Origin: Candidatus Fervidifonticultor secundus
GTDB lineage: Bacteria; Sysuimicrobiota; Sysuimicrobiia; Sysuimicrobiales; Humicultoraceae
Assembly: GCA_031459385.1 (NCBI GenBank)
Contig: JAVKIP010000030.1
Location: 1 to 24,538 of the forward strand
Reading direction: 5' to 3'
Length of the DNA: 24,538 nt
Positions 1 to 8,692 of the stretch are shown here, piece after piece; the first letter of the stretch is position 1; each line of letters starts with the position of its first letter. A model generated the notes under the pieces. The model saw only the letters and a list, made by a program, of their open reading frames with translations, was not told where the DNA came from and made no database searches. A program made the translations under genes and the position numbers.

Positions 1-46
1 CTGCCGCCCGCCGCGCGTGCGGGCATCCGCCTGCAGGAGGAGCACC

Positions 47-835
47 GTGACGACACACCTGCTGGACGGCCGCGCGGCCATCGTGACCGGTGCAGGGTCG
101 GGAATCGGACGGGCCATCGCGCTGGCCCTGGCTCGGGCCGGCGCCGCCGTGGGCGCCGCGGATGTGGACGGCCAGGCCGCGGCGCGGGCCGCCGACGAGG
201 TCGGCACAGCCGGCGGGCGCGGCGTGGCCGTTACCGCCGACGTGGGAGACGCCCGCGCCGTGGCGGCGATGGTGGAGACCGTCGTCGGAGCGTTCGGGCG
301 CCTGGACATCCTGGTGAACAACGCCGGCCTCCAGCACGTGGCGCCCATCGTCGACTACCCCGAGGACCGCTGGCACCGGCTGATCGGCGTGATGCTGACC
401 GGCACGTTCCTGTGCACCAAGCACGCGCTGCCGCACATGATCCGCCGGCGCTGGGGCCGCGTCATCAACATCGCCTCTGCCCACGGCCTGGTCGCCTCGC
501 CGTTCAAGTCGGCGTACGTCGCCGCCAAGCATGGCGTCGTGGGGTTCACGAAGGTGGCGGCGTGGGAAGTGGGCGAGCACGGGGTCACGGTGAACGCCAT
601 CTGCCCGGGCTACGTGCGCACCCCGCTGGTCGAGGGGCAGATCGCCGACCAGGCCCGCGTGCACGGCATCGCGCCCGCCGAGGTCGTCGAGAAGGTCATG
701 CTGCCCGCGCACGCCGTGAAACGCCTGATCGAGGCCGACGAGGTGGCCGCCCTGGCCGTCTTCCTGTGCACCGACGCCGCGGCCATGATCACCGGCGCGG
801 CACTGCCGCTGGACGCCGGCTGGACGGCGCGCTAG
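47..835 (+). CDS. bdhA: D-3-hydroxybutyrate dehydrogenase (classical SDR, NAD-type), 262 aa
   Basis: TGAGSGIG Rossmann motif; Asp at end of beta-2 (AADVD, NAD preference); NNAGLQHVAPI, SAHGLVASPFKSAYVAAKHG and PGYVRTPLVEGQI carry the HBDH-typical Gln/His/Lys/Tyr/Gln residues. Start moved to GTG 47 because AGGAGG lies at 35-40. Confidence 0.88.
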   Translation: MTTHLLDGRAAIVTGAGSGIGRAIALALARAGAAVGAADVDGQAAARAADEVGTAGGRGVAVTADVGDARAVAAMVETVVGAFGRLDILVNNAGLQHVAPIVDYPEDRWHRLIGVMLTGTFLCTKHALPHMIRRRWGRVINIASAHGLVASPFKSAYVAAKHGVVGFTKVAAWEVGEHGVTVNAICPGYVRTPLVEGQIADQARVHGIAPAEVVEKVMLPAHAVKRLIEADEVAALAVFLCTDAAAMITGAALPLDAGWTAR

Positions 836-839
836 GCCG

Positions 840-1271
840 GTGGCGGCGTTCGTCCCCGGCCAGCGGGCCTCCTGGACGAAGACCATCACCGAAGCCGACG
901 TCGGGGTCTTCGCCCGGCTCACTGGCGACTACAACCCGCTGCACGTCGACGCGGCGTTCGCCGGGCGCAGCCGCTTCGGCGAGCGGATCGCGCATGGCAT
1001 GCTCACAGCAGGGCTGATCTCGGCCGTCCTGGGCATGCGCCTGCCCGGACCGGGCGGCATCTACCTGAGCCAGACGCTGCGCTTCCTCCGGCCGGTCCGC
1101 CTCGGTGACACGGTCACGGCCACCGCCGAGGTGGTGGCGTGGCAGCCCGCGCGCCGCCTGCTCACCGTGCGGACGACCTGCACGAACCAGCGCGGCGAGA
1201 CGGTCGTAGACGGTGAGGCGACCCTGCTGGTCGATCCCGCGTCCCAAGCGGCGGGCGCCGGGCGGCGCTAA
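840..1271 (+). CDS. MaoC/PhaJ-family hot-dog-fold dehydratase, probable (R)-specific enoyl-CoA hydratase
   Basis: Hydratase-2 motif GDYNPLHVD (catalytic D-x4-H), FGERIAHGML, LPGPGGIYLSQTLRFLRPV; starts 4 nt after the bdhA stop. Confidence 0.88.
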   Translation: MAAFVPGQRASWTKTITEADVGVFARLTGDYNPLHVDAAFAGRSRFGERIAHGMLTAGLISAVLGMRLPGPGGIYLSQTLRFLRPVRLGDTVTATAEVVAWQPARRLLTVRTTCTNQRGETVVDGEATLLVDPASQAAGAGRR

Positions 1272-1358
1272 ACGCCGGGGCCCGCTGGCGGGTCGTACGG
1301 GTGGGACGCCGGGCATCCGCGTGGGCTGCCTGCGCCCGCAGGCGTCGCCGGGAGCCGT

Positions 1359-2825
1359 ATGCGCAGATACGTGCTGATCGCCGTTGCCGCCGTGCTGGTC
1401 GCCGGTGGCGTCTGGGGCCTGCATGGCCGGGCGGTGGCACCGGCGCCGGCGGCGCACATGCGCACGGCCACGGTGACCCGTGGCACGCTGGCGATCAGCG
1501 TCTCCGCCACGGGCACCCTGCAGCCCTACTCGCAGATCGAGGTGCGCTCGCGCGCCACCGGGACCGTGGTGGATGTGCGCGCGCAAGAAGGCGACCGGGT
1601 GGCCCGGGGGCAGCTGCTGGTCGTCATCGACGACCGCGACGCGCGCGCACAGGTGGCCACGGCACAGGCGCAGTTCGCCGCCGCGCAGGCCCGGTGGGAC
1701 CAGGCCCGCCGCCAGCTGGCGCTCGCGCAGGCGCAAGATGCCGCACGCATCGCCGAGGCCGAGGCGGCGCTGGCGGGCGCGCGGGCACGTCTGGCGCAGG
1801 TGGAGGCGGGCGAGCGCCCCGAGCAGCTGGCGCAGGCGCGGGAAGCCGTGCGGCAGGCCGGGGTCCAGGCCGACCTGGCGCAGCAGACCCTGGAGCGCAC
1901 CCGTGCCCTCTACCACGACGGGTTCGTGCCGCGTGCGCAGCTCGAGCAAGCGCAGAGCCAGCACGACGTGGCCCAGGCCGGGCTGCGCCAGGCGCAGGCG
2001 CGGCTGCGCGAGCTCGAGGCCGGGAGCCGGCCCGAGGAGGTGGCGATCGCGCGCACACAGGTGCAGCAGGCCGGGGCGGCCCTCCAGCAGGCCCGCGCCG
2101 CCGTGCTGCAGGAGCGTGTGCTCGAAACCGAGGTCGCAGCCGCCGCCGCAGGCATGCGGGGTGCCGCAGCGCAGCTGGCGGCGGCCCGCGACCGTCTGGA
2201 CGAGACGCGGATCACTGCGCCCATCGCCGGGATGGTGGCGCGCCGCTTTGTCCAGGTCGGCCAGACCGTCATCGGCGGGCTGACCGGCGGGGGCACGCTG
2301 GTGATGACCATCGCCGACCTCCGCCAGCTGCAGGCGACCGTCAACGTCGACGAGTCCGACGTCGCGCGGATCCGCGTGGGCATGCCCGTGGCCGTGACGG
2401 CAGACGCGCTGCCCGGCCGCCGGCTCGCGGGCCGGGTCGCGCGCATCGCACCCCAGGCCATGGTGGTGCAGAACGTGACGCAGTACGAGGTGGTCGTCGC
2501 TCTGGTCGCCCCGGATCCCTCGCTGCGCCTGGGGATGACCGTCGATGCCGAGTTCCAGGTGCTCGTGCGGGAACACGTGCTGCTGGTGCCGGCCGGGGCG
2601 GTGCGGGGGACGGACACCAGGGTTGTGGTCGTGGTCGAGGGCGAGACCCTCCGGCCGGTGCCGGTCGAGGTGGGGGCCACCGACGGCCGTCAGGTCGAGA
2701 TCGTGCGCGGCCTGCGGGCCGGGCAGGTGGTCTCCCTGGGGCCTGCGCGCCAGCCGGCGGGTGGCGCGTCGCCCCAGCAGGTCAACCCGTTCCTGCCGCA
2801 GTTCCGTCGCCCGACCGGCCGGTAA
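1359..2825 (+). CDS. Periplasmic adaptor (membrane fusion protein), MacA/HlyD family, with extended coiled coil
   Basis: N-terminal membrane anchor (YVLIAVAAVLVAGGVW); lipoyl half-motifs (ATGTVVDVRAQEGDRVARGQLL and ITAPIAGMVARRFVQVGQTV); about 190-aa Ala/Gln-rich helical region; beta-barrel motifs VDESDV and LRLGMT; GGAG upstream. Confidence 0.9.
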   Translation: MRRYVLIAVAAVLVAGGVWGLHGRAVAPAPAAHMRTATVTRGTLAISVSATGTLQPYSQIEVRSRATGTVVDVRAQEGDRVARGQLLVVIDDRDARAQVATAQAQFAAAQARWDQARRQLALAQAQDAARIAEAEAALAGARARLAQVEAGERPEQLAQAREAVRQAGVQADLAQQTLERTRALYHDGFVPRAQLEQAQSQHDVAQAGLRQAQARLRELEAGSRPEEVAIARTQVQQAGAALQQARAAVLQERVLETEVAAAAAGMRGAAAQLAAARDRLDETRITAPIAGMVARRFVQVGQTVIGGLTGGGTLVMTIADLRQLQATVNVDESDVARIRVGMPVAVTADALPGRRLAGRVARIAPQAMVVQNVTQYEVVVALVAPDPSLRLGMTVDAEFQVLVREHVLLVPAGAVRGTDTRVVVVVEGETLRPVPVEVGATDGRQVEIVRGLRAGQVVSLGPARQPAGGASPQQVNPFLPQFRRPTGR

Positions 2826-2853
2826 GCGCCCGGCGAGCACGAGCGAGACCCGG

Positions 2854-3594
2854 ATGCCGCTGATCCAGTTGCGCGACGTCGTCAAGATCTACCGCATGGA
2901 CGGCGTGGTGATGCCGGCCCTGCGCGGGATCTCGATGGCCATCGAGCCCGGAGAGTTCGTGGCCATCATGGGGCCAAGCGGCTCGGGCAAGTCCACCTGC
3001 ATGAACATCCTGGGCTGCCTAGACCGCCCCACGTCCGGCACCTGCCTGCTGGACGGCACCGACGTGACCACCCTGGACGACGCCGCCCTGGCGCGCATCC
3101 GCAACCGGCGCATCGGGTTCGTCTTCCAGTCGTTCAACCTGCTGCCGCGGATGTCCGCCGTCGAGAACGTGGAGCTGCCGCTGGTCTACGCCGGGGTGCC
3201 CGATCGGCGTGCCCGTGCGCTGGCGGCGCTGGACGCCGTGGGCCTGCGCCACCGCGCCGGCCGCCCGCCCGCGCAGCTCTCGGGCGGCGAGCAGCAGCGT
3301 GTCGCCATCGCCCGGGCGCTGGTCGTCCGGCCGTCGCTGGTCCTGGCCGACGAGCCCACGGGCAATCTCGACTCGGCCACCGCCGGCGAGATCATGGCAT
3401 TGCTCCGCGGTCTCGTGACCGAGGGGATGACGGTCGTGCTGGTTACGCACGAGGCTGACATCGCGGCGTGGGCGGGCCGGCTGGTGCAGTTCCGCGACGG
3501 TCGCATCGTGCGCGACGCGCCGGCGCGGGAGGTGCTGGGCGTGCGGGGCGCCGCGCCGGCCGAGGATGGCATGACGCGGCGGGACGGTCCATGA
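2854..3594 (+). CDS. ABC transporter ATP-binding protein, MacB/LolD family, 246 aa
   Basis: Walker [17 protein letters not shown], signature LSGGEQQR, Walker [12 protein letters not shown]-loop VTH. Start re-called to ATG 2854 (MPLIQLRDV). Confidence 0.92.
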   Translation: MPLIQLRDVVKIYRMDGVVMPALRGISMAIEPGEFVAIMGPSGSGKSTCMNILGCLDRPTSGTCLLDGTDVTTLDDAALARIRNRRIGFVFQSFNLLPRMSAVENVELPLVYAGVPDRRARALAALDAVGLRHRAGRPPAQLSGGEQQRVAIARALVVRPSLVLADEPTGNLDSATAGEIMALLRGLVTEGMTVVLVTHEADIAAWAGRLVQFRDGRIVRDAPAREVLGVRGAAPAEDGMTRRDGP

Positions 3595-4802
3595 CGCTCC
3601 GGGACGCAGTGCGCGTCGCGCTGCGCGCGCTGGCGGTGACCCCGCTGCGGTCGCTGCTAACGATGCTGGGCGTGATCATCGGCGTCGGCGCCGTCGTGGC
3701 CATGGTGGCCATCGGTCAGGGGGCGCGCCAAAACGTCGAGCAACAGGTCCAGGCGCTGGGCAGCAACCTCCTGACCGTGTTCGCCGGCACGCAGCGCCTG
3801 GGCGGCGTCGCCCGCGAGGTGCCGGTGCAGACGCTGACGGTGGAGGACGCCGAGGCGATCCTGCGCCAGGTGCCCGGCGTGGTGGGCGTGAGCCCCGAGT
3901 ACGCGGCGCGCGCGCAGGTCACCGCCGGCGCCGCCAACACCAACACCACCGTCACCGGGGTCACCCCGGCGTTCCAGACCGTGCGCACCTTCCAGGTGGC
4001 CCGGGGCGCGTTTATCACCGAGGAGGACCTGCGCGCGCGCGCCAAGGTCGCCGTGTTGGGGCAGACCGTGGCGGGAGGGCTCTTCGGTGACGAAGACCCG
4101 CTGGGCCGGCGCATCAAGATCCGCGGGGTCACGTTCACGGTGATCGGCGTCATGGAGGCCAAGGGCGCCTCGGCGTTCGCGGACCGGGACGACGTGGTGT
4201 TCGTCCCGCTGACGACCGCCCAGCGCCGGCTCTTCGGCGTGACCCACGTGCGCGCGATCCACGTGCAGATGGCCTCGCCGGAGGTAATGGACGACGGCCG
4301 GGCCGCCCTCCTCGCCCTGCTGCGGGCGCGGCACCGGCTGGCGCCCGGCGCGGAGGACGACTTCACGATCCGCAGCCAGGCCGACCTCCTGCAGACGCTC
4401 GGTGGCGTTTCGCAGACCATGACGATGCTGCTGGGGAGCATCGCCGCCGTCTCCCTGGTGGTGGGCGGCATCGGCATCATGAACATCATGCTGGTGTCGG
4501 TGAGCGAGCGCATGCGCGAGATCGGCATCCGCAAGGCGGTGGGCGCGCGGCGCCGCGACATCCTCCTCCAGTTCCTGGTGGAGTCGGTGGCGTTGTCGGT
4601 CACGGGTGGGATCATCGGGCTCGCTGCGGGCGGGCTCGGGTCGGTGCTGATCAGTCGTCTGGCCGGCTGGCCCACGCTGCTCTCGGCGCCGGCGATGCTG
4701 CTGGCGTGTGCATTCGCCGCGGCGGTCGGGATCGGGTTCGGCCTCTACCCCGCGCAGCGCGCTGCGGCCATGGACCCGATCGTCGCGCTGCGCCACGAGT
4801 GA
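3591..4802 (+). CDS. ABC transporter permease, MacB/FtsX family, 403 aa
   Basis: [17 protein letters not shown], large periplasmic domain, [33 protein letters not shown]-terminal [13 protein letters not shown] overlap with the ATPase stop at 3591-3594. Confidence 0.93.
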   Translation: MTLRDAVRVALRALAVTPLRSLLTMLGVIIGVGAVVAMVAIGQGARQNVEQQVQALGSNLLTVFAGTQRLGGVAREVPVQTLTVEDAEAILRQVPGVVGVSPEYAARAQVTAGAANTNTTVTGVTPAFQTVRTFQVARGAFITEEDLRARAKVAVLGQTVAGGLFGDEDPLGRRIKIRGVTFTVIGVMEAKGASAFADRDDVVFVPLTTAQRRLFGVTHVRAIHVQMASPEVMDDGRAALLALLRARHRLAPGAEDDFTIRSQADLLQTLGGVSQTMTMLLGSIAAVSLVVGGIGIMNIMLVSVSERMREIGIRKAVGARRRDILLQFLVESVALSVTGGIIGLAAGGLGSVLISRLAGWPTLLSAPAMLLACAFAAAVGIGFGLYPAQRAAAMDPIVALRHE

Positions 4803-4822
4803 GGAGCATGGGTCTGCCGCGG

Positions 4823-4834
4823 GCGTTCGAACGC
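4823..4834. promoter_or_regulatory. Perfect 12-bp palindrome GCGTTCGAACGC in the permease-tolC spacer; possible operator
   Basis: Seen directly in the 97-bp intergenic gap; function is inference only. Confidence 0.25.
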
Positions 4835-4899
4835 ATGAGTCGGCACGTGAGCGGCGAACCAGGGAGCCCCAGGTCCACGCCGAGGTCGAGGAGGGATCG

Positions 4900-6168
4900 A
4901 TGCGCACCGTCCTGCTTGGCGTCGTGCTGTGCACGCTGTCGCTGTGGGCACCGCCGGCGGCCGCCCAGGCCCCGGCGGCGCTGGGCCTGGCCGACGTGGT
5001 GGCGCTCGCCGAGCAGCGCAACCCTGCCATCGCCGCGGCGCGGCAGGCCGTGAGCGCGGCCGAGGCGCGGGTCGCCCTGGCGCGGGCGGGCCGCGGCCCG
5101 ACGGTCACGGCGTCCACGACGCCTGCGATCTCCAGCGGCACCAGCGCGGCCCCCGAGGGCTTCAGCGCATCCGCCGCGGTGAGCGCCACCTACGTCCTCT
5201 ACGACAGCGGGCAGATCGCCCACGCGGTGCGGCAGGCCCAGGCCACCCTCAAGGCAGCCCGGCTGGCGCTCGAGGCCACGCGGCAGGACGTGGCCCTGAG
5301 CGTCGCCCAGGCCTACGTGGGTGTGTTGCGGGCCGAGCGCGCGGTCCGGGTGCGCGAGCAGGTGGTGGTGCAGAACCGCGAGCTGCTCCGGCTGGCCGAG
5401 GGCCAGTTCCGCGCGGGCGTCGTGGCCCGGGCCGATGTGGTGCGAGCGCAGGCGAACCTGGCGGCGGCCGAGGGCGAGCTGATTGCCGCGCGCAACGCCG
5501 TCGACCAGGCGAAGGCCGGCCTGAACGCCGCCATCGGCCAGCCGGCCGTCGTACCCCTGGCCGTGGCGCCGCCGCCCCCGACCCCGCGCCTGACCCTTGC
5601 TCAGGCCGCGCTCGCGCCGCTGGCCGACGAGCGGCCCGAGGTGCGTCGGGCGCTGGCCGAGGTCGAGGCCGCCGAGGCGGGCGTGGCCCTGGCCCGGGCC
5701 GCGAGCGGCTGGCGCGTCACGCTGGACGGCCGCGCCGCGCAGAACCTCACGCCCTCGTCGTCAACCACGTGGTCGGTGAGCGGCAGCGTGAGCGTGCCGC
5801 TGTCGGATGCCGGCCGCACCGCCGCGGCCGTCGCCGAGGCACAGGCCACCCTGGCCGCTGCGCGCGCCCGCGTCGAGACCGCGCGCCTGGCGGCCCAGCA
5901 GCAGAGTCTGCAGGCGTTCCTGAACCTGCTGAGCGCGCGGGCGCGCATCGAGAGCGCCCGGGCCGGCCTGGTCTTCGCGCAGGAGTCGCTGCGGCTGGCG
6001 CAGGGGCGCTACGCCGCCGGGGCTGGCACGCTGCTGGAGGTGACGGACGCGCAGACCGCGCTGGTGCAGGCAGAGCAGGCGCTGGCCGGTGCCGAGTTCG
6101 ACGAGCTGGCGGCCGCGCTGAGCCTGCGCCACGCGCTGGGGCGCTCGGTGGTCACCGGCGAAATCTGA
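4900..6168 (+). CDS. TolC-family outer membrane efflux protein, 422 aa
   Basis: Sec signal (MRTVLLGVVLCTLSLWAPPAAAQA); two OEP repeats (ALAEQRNPAIAAAR, FRAGVVARADVVRAQ; RPEVRRA, RYAAGAGTLLEVTDAQ); SD GAGGAGG at 4888-4894 before ATG 4900; follows the adaptor and ABC genes. Confidence 0.9.
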   Translation: MRTVLLGVVLCTLSLWAPPAAAQAPAALGLADVVALAEQRNPAIAAARQAVSAAEARVALARAGRGPTVTASTTPAISSGTSAAPEGFSASAAVSATYVLYDSGQIAHAVRQAQATLKAARLALEATRQDVALSVAQAYVGVLRAERAVRVREQVVVQNRELLRLAEGQFRAGVVARADVVRAQANLAAAEGELIAARNAVDQAKAGLNAAIGQPAVVPLAVAPPPPTPRLTLAQAALAPLADERPEVRRALAEVEAAEAGVALARAASGWRVTLDGRAAQNLTPSSSTTWSVSGSVSVPLSDAGRTAAAVAEAQATLAAARARVETARLAAQQQSLQAFLNLLSARARIESARAGLVFAQESLRLAQGRYAAGAGTLLEVTDAQTALVQAEQALAGAEFDELAAALSLRHALGRSVVTGEI

Positions 6169-6172
6169 TCGA

Positions 6173-6193
6173 GCCCCGGCGCGCCGCCGGGGC
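6173..6193. terminator. GC-rich hairpin between convergent genes; probable bidirectional terminator or 3' stabiliser
   Basis: GCCCCGGCG-cgc-CGCCGGGGC, a perfect 9-bp stem in the 30-bp gap between the tolC-like and livF-like stops; no U tract. Confidence 0.55.
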
Positions 6194-6198
6194 CGCAT

Positions 6199-6903
6199 TC
6201 ACACCGCCAGGTGTCGGGCGATGAGCTCCTGGTCCTCCCAGATCGCGGCCATCGGGCCCTGGGCGACGATGGTGCCCTTCTCCATCACGTAGGCGCGATC
6301 GGCCACCTGGCGACAGAACCGCAGGTTCTGGTCGGCCAGCAAGATGGACACGCCCGTCTTGCGGATCTCCCGGAGGATCTCCGCCAGGCGCCGCACGACC
6401 AGCGGCGCCAGTCCTTCGGCGGGATCGTCCAGCAGGATCAGGTCAGGGTCGCGGATGAGCGCGCGGCCGATCGCGAGCATCTTCTGCTCGCCGCCGCTCA
6501 GGTGGTCACCCCGGCTGGCCCGCAGCCCGTGCAGGGTGGGGAAGAGGTCGTAGACTCGCTCCAGGGTCCAGCGGCCCCGGCCGCCGGACGCCAGGCGTGC
6601 GGCCAGGCGCAGGTGCTCCTCCACCGTGAGGTCCGGGAAGATCCGCCGGTCGTCGGGCACATAGCCGACCCCCAGCCGCGCGATCTCGTACGGCGCCAGC
6701 CCGGCGATCGCGCGACCGCGCAGGTGCACCTCGCCGGCCCGCGGCCGCACCAGCCCCATCAGCCCGCGGATCGTCGTGGTCTTCCCGGCGCCGTTGCGGC
6801 CCACCAGGCTGGCGATCTCGCCCTCGCCCACGTGGAACGAGATCCCGTGAACGACGACGCTGGCGCCGTAGCCGACCACCAGCCCCTCGACCTGCAGGAT
6901 CAC
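6199..6903 (-). CDS. livF: LIV/HAAT ABC importer ATP-binding subunit, LivF type (Walker B reads LLDDP)
   Basis: GRNGAGKTT, LSGGEQKM, LLDDPAEGLAP, ADQN switch, DRAYVMEKG; GTGA overlap with the LivG-type gene. Confidence 0.9.
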   Translation of the reverse strand: MILQVEGLVVGYGASVVVHGISFHVGEGEIASLVGRNGAGKTTTIRGLMGLVRPRAGEVHLRGRAIAGLAPYEIARLGVGYVPDDRRIFPDLTVEEHLRLAARLASGGRGRWTLERVYDLFPTLHGLRASRGDHLSGGEQKMLAIGRALIRDPDLILLDDPAEGLAPLVVRRLAEILREIRKTGVSILLADQNLRFCRQVADRAYVMEKGTIVAQGPMAAIWEDQELIARHLAV

Positions 6904-7682
6904 GGGGCCTCCTCGCCCAGGTAGACCTCGCGCACTTGCGGGTTGGCGCGGATCGCCTCGGGCGGCCCGTCGGCCAGGACCCGACCCCGGTTCATGACGA
7001 TGATGCGCGCCGCCAGCGCGAAGACCACGTCCATGTCGTGCTCGACGACGACGAAGGTCGTGCGGCGTTCCCTGGCCAGCCGACGCACCAGGTCCAGCAC
7101 CATGGCGCGTTCGGGCGGCGTCATGCCCGAGGAGGGCTCGTCGAGGAAGCAGAGGACCGGGCGCGGGGCCACCGCGATGGCCAGCTCGAGCCGCCGCTGG
7201 TCGCCGTGGGCGAGCGTGGCGGCCTCCCGGTGGGCCTCGGAGAGGAGCCCGACCTCCTGCAGCAGGGCCTCGGCCTCGTCCAGCGCGTCGCGGTCGGCGT
7301 CCAGGCGCCCCAGGGGAGACAGCGCGGGCCGGCGCCGCGCCAGCACCGGGAGCAGGACGTTCTCCCGCACCGTCAGGCGCGGGAAGACGTTCATCACCTG
7401 AAACGAGCGCGTCAGGCCGAGCCGGACGCGGGCGTGGACCGGGAGGTGCGTGATCTCCTGCCCCTGGAAGAACACGCGGCCCCCGTCAGGCGCCAGGGCC
7501 CCGCTCAGCAGGTTGATGAGCGTGGTCTTGCCCGCGCCGTTGGGCCCGATGATGGCGGCGAGCACGCCGTCCTGCAGCGTCAGGTCCACGCGGTCCACGG
7601 CCGCCAGCGCGCCGAAGGTCTTCCGCACGGCCTCGGCCCGCAGCAGGTCGGGCGTCGCGCCGGGGGGCGGCAGGTCCGTCAT
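6900..7682 (-). CDS. livG: LIV/HAAT ABC importer ATP-binding subunit, LivG type, 260 aa
   Basis: IIGPNGAGKTT, TRSFQ, LAHGDQRRLE, FLDEPSSG, VEHDM, C-terminal NPQVREVYLG; ATG 7682 overlaps the LivM-type stop (ATGA). Confidence 0.92.
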   Translation of the reverse strand: MTDLPPPGATPDLLRAEAVRKTFGALAAVDRVDLTLQDGVLAAIIGPNGAGKTTLINLLSGALAPDGGRVFFQGQEITHLPVHARVRLGLTRSFQVMNVFPRLTVRENVLLPVLARRRPALSPLGRLDADRDALDEAEALLQEVGLLSEAHREAATLAHGDQRRLELAIAVAPRPVLCFLDEPSSGMTPPERAMVLDLVRRLARERRTTFVVVEHDMDVVFALAARIIVMNRGRVLADGPPEAIRANPQVREVYLGEEAP

Positions 7683-8692
7683 CGCGGTGGCGCCTGCGTG
7701 CGCCGCGCGACGATGCTGGCCACGCCGCCGCGGAAGCCCATGACGAGCACGATGACGGTGGTGCCCAGGACGATCGACCAGTGCACCGTGAACCGCACGA
7801 TGACGTCCTTGAGGATGACGAGGAGCGCCGCGCCGACGACCGGGCCGGCGAACGTGTGAATCCCGCCCAGCAGGGTGGCCAGGATCGGCTCGGCCGAGGT
7901 GCTCCAGTGGGCGACCGGCGGGGTGACGGTGTTCTCCAGGGGCGGGAGCAGCGCGCCCGCCAGCCCGGCATAGAACCCCGCGATCACGAAGGCCGCCAAG
8001 CGGTAGGCCGTCACTGCGACTCCGGCGAAGGCGGCGCGAGACTCGCTGTCGCGGATCGCGCGCAGCGCCAGGCCCAGCGGCGACCGCACCAGCCGGTACA
8101 GGCCGTAGGTGGCCGCCGCCGCCACGATCAGGACCACGTAGTAGTAGCGGTCGATCGTGGAGACGTCGAAGACCACCAGCCCGGGCAGGCCGACCGGCGC
8201 CCGCGGAATGCCCACCAGGCCGTCGTCGCCACCGGTCACCGCGCGCCACTTCCAGACGATGGAGAAGATCATCATGCCGAACGCCAGGGTGAGCATCGAG
8301 AAGTAGATCCGCGTGTGGCGCACGGAGAGCAGCCCGAGTGCGGCGGCGGCTAGCGCGGCCATCACCGCGCCGCCCACGATGCCCAGGGGCAGCGAGGGGA
8401 TCTGGAGTAGGGTCTTCGCGCATGCATAGGCGCCTATGGCGAAGAACCCGGCCTGGCCGAACGAGAGCAGGCCGGTGTAGCCGAAGAGCAGGTTGAATCC
8501 CAGGGCGAAGAGCGCCAGGATGGCGATCTGGATCACCAGGTAGAGCACGTACGTGCGCGTCACGAGCGGCAGCGCGGCCAGCACCACCAGTACCGCCGCC
8601 GCGCCCATGCCCGCCACCCGCCTGCGGGCCGGCGCGCGAGCGGCCGCACCGGCGGCGCCCACGGCGGACGGCGGCGGGGCGGGTAGGGGCAT
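7679..8692 (-). CDS. livM: LIV/HAAT ABC importer permease, LivM type, about 337 aa
   Basis: ALGFNLLFGYTGLLSFGQAGFF, YFSMLTLAF, TGGDDGL, SPLGLALRAIRDSE, LLGG...GPVVG. Start ATG 8692 (or GTG 8695) overlaps the LivH-type stop. Confidence 0.9.
   Translation of the reverse strand: MPLPAPPPSAVGAAGAAARAPARRRVAGMGAAAVLVVLAALPLVTRTYVLYLVIQIAILALFALGFNLLFGYTGLLSFGQAGFFAIGAYACAKTLLQIPSLPLGIVGGAVMAALAAAALGLLSVRHTRIYFSMLTLAFGMMIFSIVWKWRAVTGGDDGLVGIPRAPVGLPGLVVFDVSTIDRYYYVVLIVAAAATYGLYRLVRSPLGLALRAIRDSESRAAFAGVAVTAYRLAAFVIAGFYAGLAGALLPPLENTVTPPVAHWSTSAEPILATLLGGIHTFAGPVVGAALLVILKDVIVRFTVHWSIVLGTTVIVLVMGFRGGVASIVARRTQAPPR

Noticed and set aside
789..2885. Long antisense or alternate-frame ORFs (e.g. 789..2885 -, 1301..2863 +, 3657..5189 -, 9277..11025 +, 11896..14049 -, 14407..16137 -)
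   Set aside because: They shadow well-supported genes, are Arg/Gly/Pro/His-rich without family motifs, and are expected from stop-codon scarcity at high GC.
4801..5053. Small ORF starting at ATG 4808 after GAGGAG
   Set aside because: SD-to-ATG spacing is only 1 nt, the product is low-complexity, and it overlaps the tolC-like gene out of frame.
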